Shown here piece by piece: positions 8,028 through 15,338 of a DNA stretch of 42,945 nucleotides. The stretch covers positions 1 to 42,945 of the forward strand of contig CAJGDZ010000001.1 in NCBI GenBank assembly GCA_904502055.1, written 5' to 3'. This DNA comes from an uncultured Clostridia bacterium (lineage in GTDB: Bacteria; Bacillota; Clostridia; Oscillospirales; CAG-272). The position numbers and the translations under genes were made by a program. The stretch's first letter is position 1, and each line of letters opens with the position of its first letter. The notes under the pieces are model-generated. The model did not search any database. It saw only the letters and a program-made list of their open reading frames with translations, and was not told the DNA's origin.

Positions 8028-9152
8028 ATGTCGATTGGGCAGAATATTAAGAAATACCGAAAAGAAAAAGGGTATACGCAGAGAGAGCTTGCCGATTTGA
8101 TCGGTGTATCCGTGCAGTCGGTTTCCAAGTGGGAAACCGATACGGGAGCGCCCGATATATCGCAGGTGGTTCCGCTGGCCTCGGCTTTGGAAATTTCCAC
8201 CGATGCTCTTTTTGCTTATGAACATCATATCAAGCATAACGGATACGAGTCGCTTCGAAAAGACTATAGTAGGCAAGATGTGTTTCGAGATCAAACCTAC
8301 ACATTTCAAGAATACGAGATACTTTGTAACTATTTTTCCGCTCACCCCCAGAATTCCGAGGCGGCGTCTATGTGCCTCAAATGCTTGGTGGATATGATCG
8401 TTGCACGCAAAATGCAGGACAAAGGGAAAAGTGAGCTGATTGCTGAGTGTGAAAAATATGCAAATTGTATTTTTAAATATGAATCCGATGCAGATACTGT
8501 ATTTATGAATCATTTTGTTCTTGCACGCGGGTATTCTGCACTCGGTGAAATTGCAAAAGCGAAGGAGATCCTGGGTAAGATTCCCGTGACCTTCGGAGAC
8601 CGGTTGTATTGGGAAGCGGAGATCGCTCAAGCCAATAAGGAATATGATGAGGCAATGCTAAAATGCCGCTCAAGCTTTGCTCTAAAGGCAAGATACATTT
8701 CAAGATGTATCCGTATGGCGGGAGAGATACACCAGGCACAGGATGCCGAACACGGCCTGGAGTTGCGTATGGAATACGAGGAATATATGCTCAGATTGCT
8801 GAATGCCTTTCTTTCGGGCGGCAACTATTTGCCTTGCCGTCAGATCTTTCAAAAGTATGTTTTGCTTTGCGGAATGGTGCAGAAGTATATAAAATTGGGC
8901 AAGCTCGATCTGGCGCTTGAGAGAGCGGAAATGCTTTTTGAGGGAAGAAAGAATTTTCATAATTTCTTACAGCAGCCGCAGGACACGTATTCCTTATTGT
9001 TTGAGAATAACGATTCTGCGGAATATCAAGCGCAAACAAAGAAACGGCTTGACAGTTATGTTCGGTCTGCGGTGGAGCATTTGAAAACAGTTTCCGACAG
9101 TACGTATGCGCTGAGAATCAAGGTCTTGCTTGACAAGTATGATTTAAAATAA
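8028..9152 (+). CDS. XRE-family HTH transcriptional regulator with a long helical-repeat (TPR-like) C-terminal domain
   Basis: MSIGQNIKKYRKEKGYTQRELADLIGVSVQSVSKWETDTGAPDISQVVPLASALEISTDALF is a canonical Cro/C1 HTH. About 300 aa of predicted all-helical sequence follows. ATG 8028 has GGAGG 7 nt upstream. The ORF-track start at 7947 lies inside the promoter. Confidence 0.8.
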   Translation: MSIGQNIKKYRKEKGYTQRELADLIGVSVQSVSKWETDTGAPDISQVVPLASALEISTDALFAYEHHIKHNGYESLRKDYSRQDVFRDQTYTFQEYEILCNYFSAHPQNSEAASMCLKCLVDMIVARKMQDKGKSELIAECEKYANCIFKYESDADTVFMNHFVLARGYSALGEIAKAKEILGKIPVTFGDRLYWEAEIAQANKEYDEAMLKCRSSFALKARYISRCIRMAGEIHQAQDAEHGLELRMEYEEYMLRLLNAFLSGGNYLPCRQIFQKYVLLCGMVQKYIKLGKLDLALERAEMLFEGRKNFHNFLQQPQDTYSLLFENNDSAEYQAQTKKRLDSYVRSAVEHLKTVSDSTYALRIKVLLDKYDLK

Positions 9153-9207
9153 CAAAAGGAGTCTATATTTATTTATGTCCTCCAAAATATGCGAAATGCA
9201 TTATTAA

Positions 9208-9242
9208 ACAAAAAAGCATCCGAAAAATCGGATGCTTTTTTA
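9208..9242. terminator. bidirectional intrinsic terminator
   Basis: The stem GCATCCGA/TCGGATGC has an AAAA loop and is flanked by an A-run and a T-run. It can end both the regulator transcript (+) and the tRNA transcript (-). Confidence 0.8.
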
Positions 9243-9244
9243 TT

Positions 9245-9319
9245 TGGTGACCCGTACGGGAATCGAACCCATGTTACAGCCGTGAAAGGGCCGTGTCTTA
9301 ACCTCTTGACCAACGGGCC
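9245..9319 (-). tRNA. tRNA-Glu (anticodon UUC)
   Basis: Reverse complement: GGCCCGTTGGTCAAGAGGTTAAGACACGGCCCTTTCACGGCTGTAACATGGGTTCGATTCCCGTACGGGTCACCA. It folds as a cloverleaf with anticodon loop CTTTCAC and an encoded CCA. Confidence 0.9.
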
Positions 9320-9324
9320 GCTTT

Positions 9325-9354
9325 ACAAAATGCGGACCTAGGTCCGCATTTTGT
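9325..9354. repeat. perfect 30-nt palindrome between the two tRNA genes
   Basis: ACAAAATGCGGACCTAGGTCCGCATTTTGT is its own reverse complement. Confidence 0.9.
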
Positions 9355-9355
9355 A

Positions 9356-9432
9356 TGGTAGCGGGAATTGGACTTGAACCCATGACCTATCGGGTATGAA
9401 CCGATTGCTCTAGCCAACTGAGCTATCCCGCC
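9356..9432 (-). tRNA. tRNA-Met (anticodon CAU), elongator type
   Basis: Reverse complement: GGCGGGATAGCTCAGTTGGCTAGAGCAATCGGTTCATACCCGATAGGTCATGGGTTCAAGTCCAATTCCCGCTACCA. Position 1-72 is a G-C pair, so it is not an initiator. The anticodon arm GGTTCATACCC resembles elongator Met. tRNA-Ile2 (lysidine) cannot be fully excluded. Confidence 0.8.
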
Positions 9433-9450
9433 ATTTTTGAACGCTCCGAT

Positions 9451-9479
9451 ATTATATCACAAACTTTATTTGTTGTCAA
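9451..9479 (-). promoter_or_regulatory. consensus sigma-A promoter of the tRNA-Met/tRNA-Glu unit
   Basis: Minus strand reads TTGACA-17 nt-TATAAT, a perfect consensus, about 18 nt upstream of tRNA-Met. Confidence 0.7.
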
Positions 9480-9612
9480 GAGTTTTTTCACACTTTTTTA
9501 CTTTTTTATTTGCTTTGCTTTCGGTTTGTTAAAAATCAAACAACTTTTTGCCTTTTTTAACACGAAAATGGACGATTTGCCGACTTTTTGAAAAAGCGGC
9601 AACTATTTTTCC

Positions 9613-9641
9613 TTGAAAAAAGCATAGAATTATGATATAAT
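9613..9641 (+). promoter_or_regulatory. sigma-A type promoter of the rnf operon
   Basis: TTGAAA-17 nt-TATAAT with a TGa extended -10, about 85 nt upstream of the proposed rnfC start. Confidence 0.55.
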
Positions 9642-9727
9642 AAATTGAATTATAAGGCGAAATGTTTGTTTTTTCGCAAATTTGAATTTTGAGCCTCCGC
9701 AAGGATGGCTCAGGAAAGAGGTGGACT

Positions 9728-11083
9728 TTGAAATATACGTTCAAAGGCGGCGCGCACGTTGAGGAGTACAAAAATACCCGCGGCTGCAGCATCGAAAAGA
9801 TGTCCGCACCGGCCAAGGTCTATATTCCCATGTCGCAGCACATCGGTGCACACTGTAAGCCGGTTGTGGCGGTGGGAGATATGGTTACATATGGCCAGAC
9901 CGTTGGCGTTGTTGAGTCGGGACTTGGTTGTCCGGTACATTCCAGCGTTTCGGGAAGGGTGGTTGCCATCGATCCCATCAAAAACGCGCAAGGCGTAGTC
10001 ATTGAGACGGTCATTATTGAAAACGACGGCGAGTATACGCCCTGTGCCGATATTAAGCCCTGGCCGAAAAAGCTGGAGGAGACCACGGCAGAGGAGATCG
10101 TAGAGATGACCCGTCTTGCCGGAATTTCGGGTATGGGCGGTGCCACGTTCCCCACGTATGCCAAGATCGCGGGCGCGATCGGCAAGGTGGATACGCTGAT
10201 CATCAACTGCGCCGAGTGCGAGCCCTTTATCACGGCCAATCACCGTTTGATGCTGGAGCGTCCCGACGAGGTGGTGTACGGTGCCAATATTTTGCGTCAC
10301 GCACTGGGGCTTTCCTCAGGCATTCTTGCCGTTGAGGATAACAAGCCCGATGCCATCGAGGCTCTCCGGAAGACCATTGCGGAGACGGGGATGCCCTTTG
10401 AGGTGGCGGTGATGAAGACCAAGTACCCGCAGGGTGACGAGCGTCAGATCATGTATGCGCTTCTGGGGAAGGAGCTTCCCGCAGGTAAGCTTCCGGCCGA
10501 CATTGGCTGCGTTATTTTCAATGCTGAGACAAGCGCGGCGGTTGCGGTGGCGTTTTATGACGGCACACCGCTTGTCAAGCGCATCGTTACGGTGGACGGA
10601 GACTGTCTCCGCACGCCCAAGAATCTGCTGGTTCATATCGGCACGAGCTATATGGACCTCATCCACGCGTGCGGCGGCCTTGTCAAGGCACCCAAGAAGA
10701 TCGTCAACGGCGGCCCGATGATGGGCTTTGCCCAGTGGGACATTGGCGGTGCGGTCACCAAGGGTACGTCCGCGATTCTGGTCTTTTCTGCGGAGTTTGA
10801 CGAAAACCAGTCACATCCCGAGGAGGCGTGTATTCGTTGCGGTCGATGCGTCAAAAATTGTCCGATGCATCTGATGCCCAATTATCTTGCGCTCTATACG
10901 TCTAACAAGATGTATGAGGAGGCGGAGAAGATGAACGCGCTCAGCTGTGTTGAGTGCGGAACCTGCTCGTACAATTGCCCCGGTAACATTCATATCGTGC
11001 AGCATATCCGCGTGGCCAAGGGTGTGATCCGTGCGGAGCGGCAACGAGCTAAAGAGGCGGCTGAGGCCTCGAAAGTAAAGTGA
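9728..11083 (+). CDS. rnfC: Rnf electron-transport complex subunit C
   Basis: The N-terminus is KYTFKGGAHVEEYKNT. Also present are SGMGGATFPT and two 4Fe-4S motifs, CIRCGRCVKNCP and CVECGTCSYNCP. The start is uncertain. I prefer in-frame TTG 9728, 3-6 nt after AGAGGTGG. The ORF-track start (TTG 9689) has no RBS. Confidence 0.85.
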   Translation: MKYTFKGGAHVEEYKNTRGCSIEKMSAPAKVYIPMSQHIGAHCKPVVAVGDMVTYGQTVGVVESGLGCPVHSSVSGRVVAIDPIKNAQGVVIETVIIENDGEYTPCADIKPWPKKLEETTAEEIVEMTRLAGISGMGGATFPTYAKIAGAIGKVDTLIINCAECEPFITANHRLMLERPDEVVYGANILRHALGLSSGILAVEDNKPDAIEALRKTIAETGMPFEVAVMKTKYPQGDERQIMYALLGKELPAGKLPADIGCVIFNAETSAAVAVAFYDGTPLVKRIVTVDGDCLRTPKNLLVHIGTSYMDLIHACGGLVKAPKKIVNGGPMMGFAQWDIGGAVTKGTSAILVFSAEFDENQSHPEEACIRCGRCVKNCPMHLMPNYLALYTSNKMYEEAEKMNALSCVECGTCSYNCPGNIHIVQHIRVAKGVIRAERQRAKEAAEASKVK

Positions 11084-11096
11084 AGGGAGAAGTAAA

Positions 11097-12098
11097 ATGG
11101 ACGAAATGAACCAAGTGAACCTCAAAACGCCCGACCTGTTGACGGTCGTGCCTTCTCCTCATATTAAAAGCGGTGTAACCACGCAAAAGCTGATGCTTGA
11201 CGTCATTATTGCGCTCCTGCCCGCTTGCCTTTTCGGCGTTTATCAATTCGGAGCCCACGCCGCCACGCTTCTGATCGTTGGTGTGGCCTCTTCGGTTTTC
11301 TTTGAGTGGGCGTTCCAGAGAATTCTCGGCAGAAGGGTGTCGATCAAGGACCTTTCAGCCGTGGTAACGGGACTTCTCATCTCGATGAATCTGCCCTCTA
11401 CGGTGCCGTTCTGGCTTCCCATCATTGGCTCGTTCATTGCGATCGTGGTGGTCAAGCAGCTGTTTGGAGGCGTTGGAAAGAACTTTCTCAATCCCGCGCT
11501 TGCGGCAAGAATCTTTTTGTTTCTTTCGTGGTCGGACCGGATGGCCACGTTTACCGTGCCGCGCTGGGTGGGGAACGGCGTGGATGCCGTCGCGTATGCA
11601 ACGCCGCTGGCCTCGCTGGCTGAGAACGGAACGACGGGCGGCGCTACGCTTATGGATATGTTTCTGGGTAAAACGGGTGGCTGTATCGGTGAGATGTCGG
11701 CGCTTTTGCTTCTCGCGGGCGGCGTGTATCTGATCGTTCGCCGCGTGATCACCTGGCACATTCCCGTTTGCTATCTTGGTACGGTGGCGGTCTTTGCGCT
11801 GCTCCTTCCCGCAAGCGGTGCGATGTTTGACCTGAATACGGTTCTGACACAGCTTCTGTCGGGCGGTCTGATGCTCGGTGCGATCTTTATGGCAACCGAT
11901 TACGTCACTACCCCTGTCACTAAGTGGGGGCGGGTGATCTTCGGTATCGGTTGCGGACTCATCACCGTTCTTTTCCGCCGTTTCAGCAGCTATCCCGAGG
12001 GCACGTCCTTTGCTATCCTGGTTATGAATACGCTGGTTTGGTACATTGACAGACTTACAAAGCCCCGCGTTTTCGGAGGTGCAAAGCATGGAAAATAA
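11097..12098 (+). CDS. rnfD: Rnf complex subunit D
   Basis: 333 aa polytopic membrane protein of the NqrB/RnfD family (...SPHIKSGVTTQKLMLDVIIALLP..., ...ATDYVTTP...). Operon context supports the call. Confidence 0.9.
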   Translation: MDEMNQVNLKTPDLLTVVPSPHIKSGVTTQKLMLDVIIALLPACLFGVYQFGAHAATLLIVGVASSVFFEWAFQRILGRRVSIKDLSAVVTGLLISMNLPSTVPFWLPIIGSFIAIVVVKQLFGGVGKNFLNPALAARIFLFLSWSDRMATFTVPRWVGNGVDAVAYATPLASLAENGTTGGATLMDMFLGKTGGCIGEMSALLLLAGGVYLIVRRVITWHIPVCYLGTVAVFALLLPASGAMFDLNTVLTQLLSGGLMLGAIFMATDYVTTPVTKWGRVIFGIGCGLITVLFRRFSSYPEGTSFAILVMNTLVWYIDRLTKPRVFGGAKHGK

Positions 12099-12660
12099 GA
12101 GTTATGTGAAAAATATGGCGCTGGTAGGACTTAAGCTCCTTTTGATCTGCGCCGTGATCGCGGGCGTCGTGTCCTTTGTTTACACGGTGACCTTTGATGC
12201 CTATCAGAAAAATCTTGACCGCGAGATCCGCGAGTCGATGGCCATCATTTTCAATGCGGACGAGGACGACGTGATCGACCTTGACGTGTATGACGGCGCG
12301 CTTGACTCGGACATTCAGGCGGTCTATACCGTTAAGCTGAACGGCGAGGTTGTTGGCTATTGTGTGAACGTTATTGGCAAGGGCTTTGGCGGCGATATGA
12401 GCCTCATGGTTGGCTACCAGCCCGACAAGAGCATTCGCGGCGTATCCATTGTTTCGCACGCCGAGACGCCCGGCGTGGGCTCTAAGGTGGGCGATGCGGC
12501 GCATCTGTCGCAGTACGCAGGCCTTTCGGGTGAGCTTACGCTCTCTAAGCGAGGCGATGCCGACATTACGGCGATCTCGGGAGCTACCATCTCCTCGAAG
12601 GCGGTTCACGAAGCGGTTAATCGGGCAAGCGAGGTTCTCGCCTCGGTTCCCGTGGCGTAA
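12088..12660 (+). CDS. rnfG: Rnf complex subunit G (FMN-binding)
   Basis: MENKSYVKNMALVGLKLLLICAV... has one N-terminal TM helix. The FMN attachment motif is SGATISSKAV. GGAGG lies 8 nt upstream. It overlaps the rnfD end by 11 nt. Confidence 0.88.
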   Translation: MENKSYVKNMALVGLKLLLICAVIAGVVSFVYTVTFDAYQKNLDREIRESMAIIFNADEDDVIDLDVYDGALDSDIQAVYTVKLNGEVVGYCVNVIGKGFGGDMSLMVGYQPDKSIRGVSIVSHAETPGVGSKVGDAAHLSQYAGLSGELTLSKRGDADITAISGATISSKAVHEAVNRASEVLASVPVA

Positions 12661-12672
12661 GGAGGGGTGAGT

Positions 12673-13362
12673 ATGCGTAAAAATTCAGGCTTTATCAAGC
12701 AGCTGAAGGAGGGAATTCTGGATAACAATCCCGTTCTCGTTCAGCTTTTGGGTATGTGTCCCACGCTTGCCACAACGACGTCGGTCGAAAATGCGATCGG
12801 TATGGGTGTGGCGGCAATGGCCGTTCTTATCTGCTCCAACATTTTTATTTCGCTTCTTCGCAAATTCATTCCGTCTCAGGTTCGTATCGCGGCGTTTATC
12901 GTCATCATTTCGGGCTTTGTGACGGCGGTCGAGCTGATCATGCGAGCGTATTTCTACTCGCTGTATCAGGCACTTGGCCTGTTCATCCCGCTGATCGTGG
13001 TTAACTGTATCATTCTGGCGCGCGCTGAGGCGTTTGCCTCGCGCAACAAGGTTCTCCCCTCGGCTATCGACGGCCTTGCCATGGGCCTTGGCTTTACCTT
13101 TGCCCTTGTGATCGTTGCCACCCTCCGTGAGGTGCTCGGTGCGGGTACCTTTATGGGAATGGATCTGTTCGGTGAGTATTACAGTCCCATTATGATCCTG
13201 GTTTCGCCTCCCGGTGCCTTTTTGACGCTGGGTCTTGTGATTGCGATCGTCCAGAAGATCCGCAATAACATTGAGGATAAGAAGCGTCTGGAAAAGCTGA
13301 TGAAGGTCGAGTTTGTCGACCATTCGGCAAAGCTGGCAAAGAAGGAGGATGAGACGGTATGA
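12673..13362 (+). CDS. rnfE: Rnf complex subunit E
   Basis: MRKNSGFIKQLKEGILDNNPVLVQLLGMCPTLATTTSVENAIGMG is the RnfE/NqrD signature. ATG 12673 is 7 nt after GGAGG. The ORF-track GTG 12667 is less likely. Confidence 0.9.
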   Translation: MRKNSGFIKQLKEGILDNNPVLVQLLGMCPTLATTTSVENAIGMGVAAMAVLICSNIFISLLRKFIPSQVRIAAFIVIISGFVTAVELIMRAYFYSLYQALGLFIPLIVVNCIILARAEAFASRNKVLPSAIDGLAMGLGFTFALVIVATLREVLGAGTFMGMDLFGEYYSPIMILVSPPGAFLTLGLVIAIVQKIRNNIEDKKRLEKLMKVEFVDHSAKLAKKEDETV

Positions 13363-13940
13363 GCTTTGGAGAAATTTTACTGATGATGTTCGGTGCCGTG
13401 CTCGTCGAGAACTTCATTTTTGCTCGCTTTTACGGCTGTTGTCCCTTCCTTGGCGTTTCCGAAAAGCCGGATACCGCCTTTGGTATGGGTATGGCGGTTA
13501 CCTTTGTTATCACGCTCTCAAGCGCGGTGACCTGGCTTGTGTATAAGCTTCTGGAGCTTTTCCACCTGGAATATCTGCAGACCATCGCGTTTATCCTGGT
13601 GATCGCGGCGCTCGTTCAGTTTATTGAGATGTTCCTTCGCAAATTTATTCCGTCGCTTTATAGCGCTCTCGGCATTTATTTGCCGCTGATCACTACCAAC
13701 TGCGCGGTGCTCAGCTCGGCGCTTCTTAACATTCAGAACGGCTACAATCTGATCGAGTCCATCTGCTTCGGCTTCGCCGCGGCCATCGGCTTTACGCTGG
13801 CCATCGTGGTGTTTGCCGGTGTCCGTATGCGCCTTGCTACGGCAAAGCCTCCCAGATCCTTCAAGGGCTTCCCCTTGACGCTGATCGCGGCAGGTCTGCT
13901 TGCTATGGCGTTTTCGGGCTTTACAAGTCTTAGCTTTTAA
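13359..13940 (+). CDS. rnfA: Rnf complex subunit A
   Basis: 193 aa: MSFGEILLMMFGAVLVENFIFARFYGCCPFLGVS... is the RnfA/NqrE signature. It overlaps the rnfE stop. Confidence 0.9.
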   Translation: MSFGEILLMMFGAVLVENFIFARFYGCCPFLGVSEKPDTAFGMGMAVTFVITLSSAVTWLVYKLLELFHLEYLQTIAFILVIAALVQFIEMFLRKFIPSLYSALGIYLPLITTNCAVLSSALLNIQNGYNLIESICFGFAAAIGFTLAIVVFAGVRMRLATAKPPRSFKGFPLTLIAAGLLAMAFSGFTSLSF

Positions 13941-13952
13941 GGAGGGAAGAAA

Positions 13953-14798
13953 ATGCAAATATCTGACGTTTTGATTCCCGTCCTGATTTTCGCGGGACTT
14001 GGTGTGTTTTTCGGTATCCTTCTTGCGATCGCCGCCAAGATCTTTGAGGTCAAGGTGGATGAGCGCGTTCCCAAGGTGCAGGAGTGCCTGCCGGGGGCCA
14101 ACTGCGGCGGCTGCGGCTATTCGGGCTGCGGTGCGCTGGCTGAGGCCATCGTAAAGGGAGAGGCCAAACCGAGCGCTTGTACGGTGGGAGGCGCGGAGAC
14201 CGCCCAAAAGATTGGCGAGATCATGGGCGTTGAGGTCGAGGAGCGTGTTCGTATGCGTGCACAGGTCATGTGCTCGGGTACGGCGGAGTTCGCCAAGAAA
14301 AAGTACATTTATGCGGGCGCAAAGGACTGCATTTCGGCCACCAAGCTGGCGGGCGGCGACAAGCTGTGCCCCAACGGTTGTATCGGTCTTGGAACCTGTG
14401 TGACGTCCTGTCCGTTCGGGGCGATCTCGGTCGTGAACGGCGTTGCCGTCGTTGACTACAAGAAGTGCGAGGGCTGCGGCGTGTGCACGCACGCGTGCCC
14501 CAAGGGGATCATCAAGCTGATTCCATATAACAGCCGTCACTGGGTTGGTTGTATGTCGGTCGAGAAGGGCGCGGTTACGCGCAAGCAATGCGAGGTGGGC
14601 TGCATCAGCTGCAAGCTTTGTGAAAAGGCTTGCGAGTACGATGCCATTCACGTCAACGGCTTTGTAGCGTCGATCGACTATGATAAGTGCGTGGGTTGCA
14701 ACAAGTGTGTGGACAAATGTCCGAGACACATCATCTGGTCGGCGGGCACACAGTACGGAAACCTTGTGATCCTTCGCGAAAACATCAAGGATATATAA
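13953..14798 (+). CDS. rnfB: Rnf complex subunit B (polyferredoxin type)
   Basis: 281 aa with an N-terminal TM helix, a CGGCGYSGCGALAEA cluster region, and several CxxCxxCxxxCP ferredoxin motifs. Confidence 0.9.
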   Translation: MQISDVLIPVLIFAGLGVFFGILLAIAAKIFEVKVDERVPKVQECLPGANCGGCGYSGCGALAEAIVKGEAKPSACTVGGAETAQKIGEIMGVEVEERVRMRAQVMCSGTAEFAKKKYIYAGAKDCISATKLAGGDKLCPNGCIGLGTCVTSCPFGAISVVNGVAVVDYKKCEGCGVCTHACPKGIIKLIPYNSRHWVGCMSVEKGAVTRKQCEVGCISCKLCEKACEYDAIHVNGFVASIDYDKCVGCNKCVDKCPRHIIWSAGTQYGNLVILRENIKDI

Positions 14799-14801
14799 AA
14801 G

Positions 14802-14829
14802 AAAAACCCGATTTTATATCGGGTTTTTT
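14802..14829 (+). terminator. rnf operon intrinsic terminator
   Basis: AACCCGAT-tttat-ATCGGGTT followed by TTTTT, 4 nt after the rnfB stop. Confidence 0.75.
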
Positions 14830-14830
14830 C

Positions 14831-14859
14831 TTGACAAAAGGGGGAAAATCGTGTATACT
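14831..14859 (+). promoter_or_regulatory. sigma-A type promoter of the small lipoprotein gene
   Basis: TTGACA-17 nt-TATACT. Confidence 0.55.
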
Positions 14860-14897
14860 GTATATGTCACAGCTTGACAAGAAAGGATGAAGACAAA

Positions 14898-15293
14898 ATG
14901 AAAAAAACTGTAAAGATTCTCTCCCTTGTAATGGCACTCGTACTCGTTTGCTTTGTTTTCGCTTCTTGCGCAAAGACGCTTTCGGGCACGTATTCGGTAG
15001 AGGCAGGCGGTTCGCTTGTTGGCGGTAAGATCTCGATGACCTTCAGCGGTAAGAACGTGACCGTTACCACAACGGCAGGCATTGCCGGCTTCACCTCCAC
15101 CAACGAGGTAAAGGGAACCTATGAGATCGCAGAGGCGGCTGACGGTACGCAGACCATCACCATCACCTACGAGGGTGACGCTGAGGGCGACGCCGGTAAG
15201 CTTAGCGGAACGCAGAGCTTCTCTGATGGTAAGGATGAGAACGGCAACAAATATATTAAAGTTGGCATCTTTACGCTTACACAGGTAAAATAA
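14898..15293 (+). CDS. small putative lipoprotein of unknown function
   Basis: MKKTVKILSLVMALVLVCFVFASCAKTL has a signal peptide and a lipobox-like FASC. The mature part is beta-rich and G/T/S-rich. ATG 14898 is preferred over the ORF-track start at 14874. Confidence 0.65.
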   Translation: MKKTVKILSLVMALVLVCFVFASCAKTLSGTYSVEAGGSLVGGKISMTFSGKNVTVTTTAGIAGFTSTNEVKGTYEIAEAADGTQTITITYEGDAEGDAGKLSGTQSFSDGKDENGNKYIKVGIFTLTQVK

Positions 15294-15304
15294 AAACGAA
15301 AAAC

Positions 15305-15335
15305 AAACGGCTGTTGCATTGCAACAGCCGTTTTT
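15305..15335. terminator. bidirectional intrinsic terminator
   Basis: AAACGGCTGTTGC-att-GCAACAGCCGTTT is flanked by A-rich and T-rich runs. It sits between the convergent lipoprotein gene and the ABC ATPase gene. Confidence 0.8.
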
Positions 15336-15338
15336 CTT

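Noticed and set aside
9188-9343. About 50-codon ORF (MRNALLNKKASEKSDAF...) downstream of the regulator
   Set aside because: It has no RBS, and it reads through the terminator hairpin and the whole tRNA-Glu gene. It is an artefact.
13518-14729. 403-aa ORF on the - strand
   Set aside because: It is antisense to rnfA/rnfB, whose identities are secure.
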